A stretch of DNA of 63,208 nt, filler included, from Octopus bimaculoides (GCF_001194135.2; 6 parts of 6 records of this genome joined end to end with filler, not necessarily neighbours in it), one strand, 5' to 3'; positions 26,054 through 38,841 are shown, counted from the whole stretch's first letter. Notes: a model not told the origin generated them from the letters alone. Made by a program: numbers and translations.

Positions 26054-26532
26054 ATACATGTCTATACATATCTATACTATATATATAAAACAGAGATGTG
26101 TGTGTAATCGCTTATCACGTGAAAACGGCTTCACTATTTACTTCCATACTTGTGATGCAGGTATAATTTGACCTCAGATAAATCTTAGGCTCTTCATTTG
26201 ATTTTTTTATTAAGATAAATAATATTGCTTTATATTTAAGATTCACTTCTTTAAAAATGTTCCTCGGTGTCAACTTCCGGTAGCCATAGTTTTTTCTTCA
26301 CTTTAACTTCAATCGTTACTGTTCTCAATAAAAGTTTACGTTTTCAATCGCTAACAAGTTCACATTTACTGATGTCAGTAACTTCATCATTTACTAACAG
26401 AAGTACGGTTTTGTGTTTTCCTGTTGCTGAGGNNNNNNNNNNNNNNNNNNNNNNNNNNNNNNNNNNNNNNNNNNNNTTAATTAATTAANNNNNNNNNNNN
26501 NNNNNNNNNNNNNNNNNNNNNNNNNNNNNNNN

Positions 26533-26855
26533 TAATTGCTGCACAAGACCAAAGCCTCCCCACCAGAAATTACCAAAAACATATAATGAAAAGAAACATA
26601 ACAAGTAACTGTAGAATACGTGGAGATGGACAAGAAACAATAAATCATATTATCTCTGGCTGCCCAGTCCTGGCTAAGAAGGAATATATTCACAGACACG
26701 ACAGAACTGGGACCTATATACACTGGAAGCTATGCCAACACTATGGAATAACAACAGAAAAAAGATGGTATAAACACACGCCAGAAAAGGTCACAGAAAA
26801 CGAGAAAGCAACCATACTCTGGGATATGCCAATACACACAGATAGAGAAATTATG
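26533..26855 (+). mobile_element. R4/Dong-like LINE fragment (CCHC zinc knuckle + start of RLE)
   Basis: CRIRGDGQETINHIISGCPVLAKKEYIHRHDRTGTYIHWKLCQHYG...ILWDMPIHTDREI. Confidence 0.9.
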
Positions 26856-26864
26856 GCCCCCCCA

Positions 26865-26896
26865 AAAAATTATTATTATTATTGTTATTATTATTA

Positions 26897-26955
<59 letters not shown>

Positions 26956-27062
26956 TAATACGTCGCACAATATCCAGTATCATGATGTTAATTGAAGATA
27001 TTGTGTCTACCGGTGATTTGTACTGTCAGTTAAGTCACTGCAAGGACCTCAGACAGACAGTA
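26865..27062 (-). mobile_element. Short 3' end of the 21190-family R4/Dong LINE with long (TAA)n tail
   Basis: TTGAAGATATTGTGTCTACCGG...AAGTCAC..CAAGGACCTCAGACAGACAG matches 21250-21325. Confidence 0.85.
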
Positions 27063-27329
27063 TTATTTATTATTCTAGCAAATTTATCGAAATGTGGGAG
27101 AATGTTGGAAAAATGGCCAGTGTGAATGGACAAGTTCTAAGAATACAGCTGTAAAAAGAATAGAAAGAGAAGGGCTCTTACCCGGTTGATCAGGTGGACT
27201 GTTAATGTGCTAGAAGAAGATCACATGTAATGTGTCTACTAAGACCGAATTGTTCTCAAAGGAAATTTAGCGAAGTAACAAAAACGTATACGGGCAAGAC
27301 AAGTGAAAATTACATAAATATATACAATT

Positions 27330-27395
27330 ATCTGCAAACTAGTTTCGAAATTAACATTTTCTTACCGAAAATATCTGTTTCTCATCAGTACAGAC
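27330..27395 (-). ncRNA. Type I minimal hammerhead ribozyme (predicted intact)
   Basis: Minus strand: GUCUGUA-CUGAUGA-[GAAA..AUAUUUUC-GGUAA-GAAAAUGU..UUUC]-GAAA-CUAG-UU|UGCAGAU. Stem I is 7 bp (2 G.U), stem II is extended, stem III is the palindrome AAACUAGUUU, cleavage triplet GUU. Confidence 0.8.
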
Positions 27396-27576
27396 CGCTA
27401 AATAAATATAATTCTCAGAATCGTATACTAGTTGTTCCCCACGAATGAAGCACGTGTACACGTTTCTGTTAATTATATTTATAGTAAGATTCAAAAGCCT
27501 TCGTTTTTGCGCGCTAAATCCGGAAATATCTCTACATAAAATGGTTTCTGCATCGAATATACCAACTTTGAGAACG

Positions 27577-27742
27577 TGGTTATGGTTAATTAAATTAAAA
27601 CAGTAGGGTAAAAAATTGGATATTAATTAATATCAGTTTAATAGCAGGGAACAAGCACATTAAAAGAATCAAGGAGATTCAGAAAAAATATCTGAATATC
27701 CAATTTTTTACCCTACTGTTTTAATTTAATTAACCATAACCA
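27577..27742. repeat. Perfect 48-bp inverted repeat, 70-bp spacer
   Basis: TGGTTATGGTTAATTAAATTAAAACAGTAGGGTAAAAAATTGGATATT (27577-27624) and its exact reverse complement (27695-27742). Confidence 0.95.
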
Positions 27743-28024
27743 TACTTCATAAGTAGAAGTATGGCATATATTTAAGAAGTCGTAGGTGTGCGCTGTAAGC
27801 CAAATTAATATATATATTATTAATTTTTAATGATAATGAAGTAAATTAATTAAAACTGTTTCAGTGGTTACAATAATTCTACCACAATGCAACTCTTTTA
27901 GTACCAATGCACTCTCTCAGATGAAATGACGTAACATTCAAGTACATGTCGGGCATTTCACTAACTTTAAACAAAACCTAGACATGTTGCTGTTATATGT
28001 TGCTTAAACGACACAAAATATTGA

Positions 28025-28165
28025 TTTCAAATTTTGGCACAAGACTAACAATTTCAGTGGGGAGGAGATAAATCGATTCTATCGACCCCCAATGTTCAAA
28101 TGGGACTTATTTTCTCGTTCTCGAAAGGATGAAAGGCAAAGTTGACCCCGGCAAAATTAAGCGAT
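28025..28165 (-). mobile_element. SINE family D fragment
   Basis: TTTTGGCACAAG..AAATCGATTCTATCGACCCC..CGAAAGGATGAAAGGCAAAGTTGACCCCGGC. Confidence 0.8.
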
Positions 28166-29559
28166 GCAAAATATTATTATAGAATCACTTTATTAAACAG
28201 TTTATCTCGTACGATGCAAAATTAAATTTATTTAAAACATGTAACGACAGTTGTTATTATGGCCCTTGTTCTGTCTCCACTCTTAGAAATATCCTTGAGG
28301 TAACAGCCCTCTTCTCTGACTCATATTTTCAAACTTTACCCACCTTTCATAAAATTTAATAGAAGCCATGACTAACTCTTTGCTTTGAATTTTACCGCTC
28401 TTCTATATGGTGGCTGTACGGAAAAAAAAAACAAAGTAGCTTCAATTGTAAATTAAAACAAAAAAAAACAAAACTTTTGTTTTAATTATCTCCCTGGCAG
28501 AGTATTCCCCTTGTAAGGCATTCACTGTGTTTTATGAAGTTGATAATGAAGACTTTTAGGGAGACAGACATTAAGCGAATGATGTTTATGCCTTTCACAA
28601 AGGCATTAATAGTAACATAAGAGATTGTCTGTATCAAAGCAATCAAGAACAAGTCGCTAATACGACATGCCAGAGGAGTCTCCATTATCGTGAGATAGCA
28701 AAGCACACCTCCTGTTTATGAATTATACCAAAGAGGACAAACATCTGTTGGTAATCGAAAACAATTACATCATTAAGGGTGGAATTTAAGAGGAACTCAG
28801 GAAATCTTCATTATTTTGGTTCTGTTTCTTATATTTACATTTTAAAGTTTTTTGTTTTTGTTTTTTACTGTCTTATATGTTTCATTTATCTGGGGTTTGT
28901 TATGTTTTTCTTTGTAGTCTCGCCGTGTCTCCCAAATCTGTGGTAGTAAAGAGTAAGAGTAAGGATGGAAGAAAATCGAAAAATATTTTTGTAGCGAAAT
29001 TTAGGACGTGTTCTGTTATTAGAATAACAAAAATTACAACAATGTACGCATGAGTGTGCATTGGCAGTCGGACGGATAGATTGTTGGGTGCGCGTGCGCA
29101 AGTGTGTGTGTTTGTGTGATTATGTGTTTGAAACGCTGGCATGTTCGTACATGTAAAGAGGAACAAGAGACAAAAAGTGCTCAACACGTATGTCATTGCT
29201 GTTTATTCAATAATTCAAAACTGAGATTTCACTCAGATACGACTGAGTTTTACCTAATTCTCATTCGTCATCCAGAGCAACTGAATTTTTTTGAAACGTA
29301 CAGCAAAGGAAATACTGTGAGTACTGACTGAATGCCAGCTTCAAAGAAACATTTTTAAAATGCCCTGACATGGGACTCCAGACACCTTTCTCTCGGAAAG
29401 TTATAGTGATACGTATTAGGCGAAATACAATCATCTCTAAACTTAAACAGTCAAATGAATACTTATCAATGTTTTACTGTATAATGTAACATTATTACTT
29501 CATCTCATCTCATACTGACATCATGGACACTAATTTCTAACACATAAGTTTCCCATTAC

Positions 29560-29790
29560 CACGTGCTTTGTGTGTGTGTATAGATACATATACATGCCAT
29601 GCTTGACCGCTAAACCCACAAGTTTTTTTTCTTTATTCTCTCTGTTTATTTTCTCTTATTCCTTTCTGTTGAAGAGAGTAGGCTCGAAACATTAAAGACT
29701 TTTTCACCTTCCCGAGCGTCAAAATAATACACCTGCTTGTTCATACAAATGTCTTCGTCTTTTGTTTTTCTATAAATTTCAACTATATAT
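29560..29790 (+). mobile_element. Short interspersed repeat with hammerhead-like core (possible Penelope pLTR relic)
   Basis: CUUU-CUGUUGAA-GAGAGUAGGCUC-GAAA-CA-UU-AAAG at 29662-29697; the core deviates from CUGAnGA. Confidence 0.45.
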
Positions 29791-29844
29791 GAATATATCT
29801 TAGACATACGCACACATACATAAACATATGTATGTATGTATGTA

Positions 29845-29849
29845 TGTAT

Positions 29850-29896
<47 letters not shown>

Positions 29897-32375
29897 GTTA
29901 TCATCATCATCATCATTATTTTTTTTCATATACACACAACAGAATAGACTGTTGGAAAAGAAAAAGAATCCTAAAATTGGGCTACAACAAGTAACCTTAG
30001 ATGCCAAGAACCCTCGTAAGTATCCTAGCTGTCCTTAATAACCGTTTTCTGGAGCTGTACTAAACTTTAGAGATGGTTCCCAGTGCACCTTAAACTACTG
30101 GGATACATTTTACTCGCACTTTTCATAGTCTCTGTAATTTAATGGCTAGGTCCTGGTACTTTGCTATTTTTCTATACCTAACATATTGATTTTTCCATCA
30201 TTTGAGACTGTAAAGTCAATTATCTGGCACTTTCTAGTCTCTTTACCTACTACTACTAAATCAGGTCTCCTAACTCCCAGTGGATCACTCTCTCTAGGTT
30301 TTCATGTCTTTTCTTGTATTCTTTCTGTGCCAGCACGATACATTCATTTATTACATGAGTAACGCTTTCCTCTCATGATTTGCATAATCTACATTGGGAA
30401 TCTGCTTGGTTTTTGTCTATCTTGGCTTTTATCCAATTAGTCCTTAATGCTTGATCTTGTGCAGCTACTAACAAACTTTTTGTTTCCCTTTTCAGTATTC
30501 CTTTCTGCAACCACAACCATGTCTCACTACTACTATTTGCTGCAACTATCTTTGAGAATCTACCATGCATCGCCTTCTCCTGCCAGTCAGATAATTTCTG
30601 TTCTTTTTTCTGGTTTTAAATTTGTTTTCGTTTTTGGTTTCCCTATATCTTGCTGGGATTCTAGCACCTTTTGATACACTTCGCTATTAGCTACATAGGA
30701 GTTTATATCTACTCTAGCTAACTCCACGCAGTCTTCTACTGATATTAACCCTCTTCCGGCTTCCTTTCTATGTAGGTATAATCTTGCTACTCCTGCCCTC
30801 GGGTGATGACCTACATTCATATTGAATTCCTTCCTAGTTCTTCTGTCTAGCTTTGCTAAATCAGTTTTTGTCCAATCTACAAAATCTGTTGAGTATTTAA
30901 GTAATGATACTGCCCAAGTAGTTACAACCTTCTCTAGATTTGAACCATTTAGCTTTGACTTCATTAGTTTCCTCACCCTTCTGATGTACTCCTTCTCAAT
31001 TTTCGTTTTCATTTCTAAAATTAATACTCTGACAGATGCTAATACTCCTAGATACTTGTAACTCTCTCTTCCTTCCAATGATTTTCATGTCTGGCTATCT
31101 GGTAATTGGATGCTTTGTTGCTGACTGTCTTCCCCCTTCTCAAGATTAATATTGCACACTTATCTATGTCAAAATCCATGCCCATATCTTTGCTGAAGAG
31201 TCTTAGAGTTTTTATAAAGGACTCTATCTCTTTTTCATTCTTACTAAAAATCTTCAGATCATCCATGTAGAGCAAATGGTTAATTTTTCCATTACTATTT
31301 CTGAACTGCCTTTGCCTTCCTTAATACTAAACTCAAGGGGATCAAACATTAGATAAATATTAAAATGAACAACGAGGCCCCCCTTGAAAATTTCTCTTTT
31401 GATATTAACTTTCCCTAAGACTGTGTCACCTTAGTAGAGATCTACTTTCCATTTCTTCATGCTAAAGCTAATTAATTCTCTTATGTTGTCTTCTATACTG
31501 AATATACTCATTCACTTGTTCATGAGTGTGGGATCATGTCATAGGCTTTCCTATAATCTATCCATGCTATTGTTAGATTTTTCTTTCTCATTTTTACTAC
31601 ATTTAGAACTGCTTTATCTATATATAATAGATCATGCGTTCCTCTAGCCTTCTTCTTGCAACCTCTCTGTTCTTCTGGCCTTAAATTCTAGTTGTCAAGA
31701 TGCTCGCAACTGCTTTCTGAAAGCATTCCTGTTGACAGCTTCCATACTAATGGCTGGTCTATAGTTGCTAGTTGTATAACTTTCTCTTATCTTTCATAAT
31801 GAGTATTGTCCTCCCTTTAGTCATCCAGTCTGGTATTATTCCTCCATTAAGGCAATCCTGAAGTTGTTCCCTCAGCCTCCCATGTAAACTACTAAATTTC
31901 TTTAGCCAGTCCCTTGAACTAAATCTGATCCTGGGCCCTTCCAATTCGGCATTTTTTCTAACACTTTACTCATTAATGCACTGGTTAATCTTAGATCTGG
32001 CTGTTTCCCACTCACTATTTCTTCCCTCACTTTCTATAACCATGCTGCATCTCTATTATAATAGACTGGCTTATCCCAAATATTACTCCAGAACTTTCTA
32101 GCTTCTTCCACATTAGGTTCCTAATCTTCAGCACTTCGTTTTCCACTGTTTATTTGGTTATAAAATCTCCTCTGGTCTGTCTCAAATATTCTATTCTGTT
32201 GATACTAATCTATTCTTTCCTGATATCTTGAGGGCTTGCTTGCTTGCTACTGCTGTGGTACGTTGTTTACTGTCCCAAATCCTTTCTCTTTGACTAAGTA
32301 TCTTTTCTCGTGGGAAGATTTGCATCTTGTGTTTTCTAACTTGTTCAGTTTCCAGGCTTCTATCCTACTCAGATG
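29845..32375 (-). mobile_element. Decayed R4/Dong-like LINE (RT + zinc knuckle + RLE + 3' UTR + (TAA)n tail)
   Basis: Minus-strand frames: MPNWKGPGSDLVQGYWLK, LDYRKAYDMIPHS, IFKGASL..LIPLSL, HLLYMDDLK, YKYLGV, GHHPRAGVARLYLHRKEAGRGL, LVAAQDQALRTN..CRLCK; many stops and frameshifts. Confidence 0.95.
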
Positions 32376-33005
<630 letters not shown>

Positions 33006-33870
33006 AAAGTCTCCCTTTTCCACATTTGCTCTTTTTAAATCTTTCTTTGTGAGATATCTAATCTTGTAGTGCTTATTGCTCCTGCTGCATAGATCAATAA
33101 ATTAGTGTCTCCTATATTTTTAGTATCTATCCTACTGATAACAGAATCTACTTCCCTAGTCATTTCTAACAGCTTCCTTCTGTTGGTGCCTTTTAATGCT
33201 GGCAATCTTTTTCTTACTTCTTTACTCATTATTTCCTGAAACTCATCTAAAATCTTCTGACCTTCCTCACTTAAATCACTTAAGTCACTGGTGCCAGTTG
33301 TCCCTTCCTTATTGGTAGCGCTGTTATTATTTTTTCCTTTAGATTCCTCTTTGGTTTGAACTGTATCTCTTATGTTGTTTGTCATTCCCACTCCCTGGTC
33401 TTTCTTTTCGAGTTCTCTTGTGATCTCTTCTGCCTCCAATTCTGTCATCCACTTTCTTCTCCTAATAGCATTAGCTTGATCTACTAGTCTCTGCTCATTC
33501 ATTTTAAACATACATTTCTCTACCCAAAGTGTTAACATCCGTTTTCTATAGCCCCTTCTGTTAGGTTCACTTTCTAAGCAGCACTGCATCACTATCCTGT
33601 TTTTCTTCACTCGTCCACTTCCTCCTCTATTATCTGCTGATACTGTTATTAGGATACCTGCTGTGATCAGTCTGCATCTGTATTGAACCACTGCCGAGCG
33701 AGAGGCCTTCTCTTAAAGGGCCAGCTTCATTTTCGTTGTTACAATCAGAGTTTCTTCGGAAACTTCTGTCTCTCATAAACTGAGCTGCGGTAATGTTCGT
33801 CACCAACGTCATCACCACTATTATTTGTCGACATCTGTAAGTTTCAAGCAACTTTCTATTGCATCATTTG
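33006..33870 (-). mobile_element. N-terminal ORF region of an R4/Dong-like LINE
   Basis: ORF 33035-33691: VMQCCLESEPNRRGYRKRMLTLW..EQRLVDQANAIRRRKWMTELE..RLPAL..TNLLIYAAG, typical of the R4-clade N-terminus. Confidence 0.85.
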
Positions 33871-34495
33871 TTGCACCTTAGTGCTGGTGGGGTGGGGTGT
33901 GCTGCATTTTTTGGCTGGGTGGGGGATATTGTATTGTATCAGTATACTTTGTTATGGGGTTTGGTATAAGTCTTCTGTTGCATTAGTTTTTGTATTGTGT
34001 ATTATTTGTGCAGTGCAGGTTGTGTTCTGTCCAGTATCGGCCTTCTATGGCACATGTTGTGGGTTTGTTCATTTTGTTGGGTATTTACGATATGAGTTTA
34101 TTCCTGTATGTTTTTGGAAGAATGTTGCGTAGTAGTGTTTGCAAATCATGAATCAACTATTTCATGGTATTTATGGTTACCTGTCCACCGTTCTTTCTCT
34201 CTGGGTTGGTTTTGTTATGGGTTCGTTTTTACAGCGTTTACTTTTTTAACTGAATACTGCCTATGGACATGTGTTAATGTTCTTTTCGTAGTTATAATTA
34301 TTATTGATGTATCAGCGAGAGACCGAGAAAAACAGCAATGTGCATATATATGGAAGTTTTGTATAAATATGAATGTATATGTAATTAAAATTTTAAATTT
34401 TACTCACAGGTTTGCAGTTTTCGTACAGAAATAGTGCAGTGTTTACATTTTGACGCACAAGTTTCTGTCGAAATGGAAGCTATTTTGTGTGTGTA

Positions 34496-34566
<71 letters not shown>

Positions 34567-34603
34567 TCCAAATAACAAAAATCTTTCAGTTTCCTGAGAT
34601 AGC

Positions 34604-34680
34604 AAGGCGGCAAGGTGGCACAATCGTTAGCACGCCGAGTGAAATGCTTAGCGGTATTTAGTCTGCTGCTATGTTCTGAG
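34604..34680 (+). mobile_element. SINE family D 5' head fused to a LINE
   Basis: AAGGCGGCAAGGTGGCACAATCGTTAGCACGCCG..GCGGTATTT..ATGTTCTGAG stops inside the B-box region and runs directly into LINE ORF sequence. Confidence 0.85.
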
Positions 34681-36033
34681 GGGGTTTTGTCCAATGATAT
34701 TAAGATGGAGTTTGAACTCTCAAAATGTGCTACGGTGGTGATGAGACGAGGAAAGCTTTTCCGAACAGAAGGCATTTGGTCGCCAAGTGGTGAAATGATG
34801 AAGGCAATTCAACCTCAATCCAGTTATAAATACCTGGGAATACTTGAGGCAGATGGAATCAAACACTACGATGTGAAAGAAAATAGAAAAAGAGAGCACC
34901 TGCGGCTAGTGAGAAAAATATTGGCTTCAAAGTAAAATGCCAGAAACATAATTTCGGCAATAAACTCGCGTGCAGCCGCAATAGTTTGGTATGACGTTGG
35001 AATCCTGAAATGGATAGAAGAGGAACTAAAGGAGATGAACAGGAAGTCAAGAAAGCTTCTAACGATACATGGTGACCATCATCGACATGCGGACACTGGT
35101 TACCTATACACGAAGAGAGTAAATGGGGGAAGAGGACAGATAAGTGTGGAAGACTGCATGCATATCGAATTCGAGAGCTCAATAAAATACCTAGCCCGAA
35201 GTAAGGAAGCATTGCTAATAATAGTTAGGAACGAGAGAGTATTGAAAGTAGAGAAAAAAAAAAGGGAAGACAAAGGAAGAAATGCAAAAAGGACATGGAA
35301 ACGAATTATGCAAGAAGAGACTACACATTCAATTCCATGCAGCAACAACAGAAGTTGCTGGAAAAAAATAGGTGGGAGCACCATACTAGCAGCACAAGAC
35401 CAAGTTTTGGCCACGAACTGGAAGGTCAACCATAGGAATGAGCAAGTGCCTCCGCTATGCCGCATCTGCAATAGAGTAAATGAAACCATTGCCCATATTA
35501 CAAACGAATGTCCTAGACTTGTCCAAAAGCATTATAAGTTGTGGCGACACAATCAGGTAGCGAAAGTACTACATTGGAAATTGTGCGAAAAGTGGAGGGT
35601 AGAGAGTGGCAAGACATGGTATGAGCACAAACTGCAGAGAGTGGCGGAGTCGGAGAATAACAAAATCCTCTGAGATTTCCCAATCCAAACAGTCCAGGTG
35701 CTAGAGCATAACAAACCGGACCTCGTGTTGGTGGACAAGATGCACCACATATACTATATAGTTGATGTTGCATGCCTCTTTGGCCCACGAATAGTTAAGA
35801 AGGAAGGCGAAAAGATAGATAACTACAACCCTCTTAAATACAAAATATCACGGCTATGGAAAAGGAAGTTGAAGATAGTGCCAATTATTGTTGGGTCCTT
35901 GGGTTCAGTATCAGAAAGCACGTGGCAAGTCCGCTAGGCATGAAAGACTCCCAACAAAGAGTCCCAACAAAACCTGTGATAAAGAGAAATAGCAATAACA
36001 ACAACAACGATGACGACGACGACGACGACGACG

Positions 36034-36065
<32 letters not shown>

Positions 36066-36066
36066 A

Positions 36067-36095
<29 letters not shown>
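34681..36095 (+). mobile_element. 5'-truncated R4/Dong-like LINE (post-RT, CCHC, RLE) with (AAC)/(GAC)/(AAT)n tail
   Basis: DIKMEFELSKCA, YKYLGILE, GGRGQISVEDC, LAAQDQVL..CRICNRVNETIAHITNECP, NKPDLVLVD..EKIDNYNPLK..IVPIIVGSLG. Confidence 0.95.
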
Positions 36096-36099
<4 letters not shown>

Positions 36100-36224
36100 T
36101 TCTCATTATTCAGGGGTGTAGTATCATATCGTATGCTTGTTTTAAAACACTTTGTATCGTCCTGTTTTGTCATTTCATGTTGGTTTTATGTAAGCCCTAG
36201 TGGCCAATAAAGGAATTAATTGCT

Positions 36225-36795
36225 GTTGTTGTTGAATGAGAGAGCAGTGCATACCATCAAAGCGACACTGGGGTAAAATATACGAAGCCCAATATACCCA
36301 TCATGACAAGGGTACCCCTGATATACCCTTGATAAGGGTACACTGGGCAGATGCATCACAATCATATATGCGCGACATGATCTCATATCAAGATAAATAG
36401 CGCATGGCTTTGCAGGTGGGGCCCAGTTAGAATTTTCTTCAGGTCGAATAGCTCATCCCGCTCAAAAGGCCCATGAATAAGGGTTGTTTGAGGATGTTGA
36501 ATGAAACATTCATGTTCCCATAAGGGAATTATTCTAACCCCAAAGAATTCCTCTCAACACATGGCTATGATGTTCCCCCATTACTTCTGCACGTGATCAG
36601 AGATGCACTTATCGTCAGGCACCAAGGGACATGCTCAACTAGTTAGGTTCAAACAACTGACAAGCAAATATGCGGTATTGAGTAGAATATTTGCTGTAGC
36701 CCATCTTTTATACCAAGAGAAAACAATGTACATAACACTTCCAGTGAGTTAAGATCAGAAGCCATGAAAGCCACTACCTGGTGCTGCATCAGAGC

Positions 36796-36797
<2 letters not shown>
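36225..36797. repeat. Unclassified interspersed repeat between (GTT)n and (TTA)n
   Basis: GC-richer block bounded by trinucleotide tracts; probably a retroelement 3' UTR. Single copy in the window; recognised as repeat-like from memory only. Confidence 0.45.
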
Positions 36798-36876
<79 letters not shown>

Positions 36877-36998
36877 CATTATTACTATTTTAAAAAACCC
36901 GTTTGATTCGTGCTACTTCAAGTTTCGGAAACTGAATCAAACTGTAGCTCCCACTAAATGTGGGAATTACATGTCCACTCACTCGTGTATATATTATT

Positions 36999-37200
36999 TT
37001 ATTCTTTTACTTACTTCAGTCATTTGACTGAAGCCATGCTGGAGCACCGCCTTTATTTGAACAAATCGACCCCAGGACATATTCTTTGTAAGCCTGGAAC
37101 TTATTCTATCGGTCTCTTTTGAGGAACCCCTAAGTTACAGGGACGCAAACACACAAGCCTCGGTTGCCAAGCGATGTTAGGGGACAAATACAGTCATAGA
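36999..37200 (-). mobile_element. SINE family A 3' half
   Basis: TTCAGTCATTTGACTGAAGCCATGCTGGAGCACCGCC..CAAATCGACCCCAGGAC..CTTATTCTATCGGTCTCTTTTG. Confidence 0.88.
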
Positions 37201-37234
37201 AACATATGCATACATACGTACATACATACATACG

Positions 37235-37294
<60 letters not shown>

Positions 37295-37404
37295 TACATA
37301 TATNNNNNNNNNNNNNNNNNNNNNNNNNNNNNNNNNNNNNNNNNNNNTTAATTAATTAANNNNNNNNNNNNNNNNNNNNNNNNNNNNNNNNNNNNNNNNN
37401 NNNA

Positions 37405-37625
37405 GAGAAAATATTTAAGAAAAAGTGGAAGTGGATTGGTAGCACATTTAGAAAGGACACACTAAATGCAGCGGAAAGTGCTTTACAGTGGAATCCGGAT
37501 GGATATAGAAAGAGGGGTAGGCCTAAGATCTCGTGGCGTAGATCAGCACAAAACGAAATTATGCGACATGGAATTCAATTATAAGTGGCCTATACTCCAC
37601 GCTGGAGGGTTAAAGGTAAGAAGTG
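37405..37625 (+). mobile_element. RTE-clade LINE 3' end
   Basis: KKKWKWIGSTFRKDTLNAAESALQWNPDGYRKRGRPKISWRRS. Confidence 0.85.
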
Positions 37626-38064
37626 AAGAAGTGAATACCCAGACATGCATACAGATATTCCCTTGTTATTTCGTAATGTCTGCCAAAACGTAAAACTACA
37701 ACAGAACCAGAGAAAATATCACAGACTGTCTTTTGGAATAAACATGTAATTTTAGTTGAGAAGCAAATTCTCTTCGCTGATTTCTCGGAATTATCTGCCC
37801 CTACTTTAAGTGTCATTACCAATTACAGCTTTGCATTCGTTGGTATTTTTCTTTGTTAAGAGGAAAGTTTCAATCAAGAACGAATGTATTGTGTACGACA
37901 TTTATTAAAGTACTGTATTCACTTTAACGCACAGATTCACACAGACACACACATATACACGTGCCCAAACGCCCACCTACATTCTAAATGTACATATACA
38001 TTTATGTATACGTAAATATACATCCTTACATAGATACATACATAAATACATACATATATATATG

Positions 38065-38099
<35 letters not shown>

Positions 38100-38841
38100 N
38101 NNNNNNNNNNNNNNNNNNNNNNNNNNNNNNNNNNNNNNNNNNNNNNNNNNNNNNNNNNNNNNNNNNNNNNNNNNNNNNNNNNNNNNNNNNNNNNNNNNNN
38201 NNNNNNNNNNNNNNNNNNNNNNNNNNNNNNNNNNNNNNNNNNNNNNNNNNNNNNNNNNNNNNNNNNNNNNNNNNNNNNNNNNNNNNNNNNNNNNNNNNNN
38301 NNNNNNNNNNNNNNNNNNNNNNNNNNNNNNNNNNNNNNNNNNNNNNNNNNNNNNNNNNNNNNNNNNNNNNNNNNNNNNNNNNNNNNNNNNNNNNNNNNNN
38401 NNNNNNNNNNNNNNNNNNNNNNNNNNNNNNNNNNNNNNNNNNNNNNNNNNNNNNNNNNNNNNNNNNNNNNNNNNNNNNNNNNNNNNNNNNNNNNNNNNNN
38501 NNNNNNNNNNNNNNNNNNNNNNNNNNNNNNNNNNNNNNNNNNNNNNNNNNNNNNNNNNNNNNNNNNNNNNNNNNNNNNNNNNNNNNNNNNNNNNNNNNNN
38601 NNNNNNNNNNNNNNNNNNNNNNNNNNNNNNNNNNNNNNNNNNNNNNNNNNNNNNNNNNNNNNNNNNNNNNNNNNNNNNNNNNNNNNNNNNNNNNNNNNNN
38701 NNNNNNNNNNNNNNNNNNNNNNNNNNNNNNNNNNNNNNNNNNNNNNNNNNNNNNNNNNNNNNNNNNNNNNNNNNNNNNNNNNNNNNNNNNNNNNNNNNNN
38801 NNNNNNNNNNNNNNNNNNNNNNNNNNNNNNNNNNNNNNNNN

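Noticed and set aside
28482-28706. Hydrophobic 74-aa ORF suggestive of a GPCR helix
   Set aside because: No DRY-like motif at the expected spacing from the Cys and no splice support.
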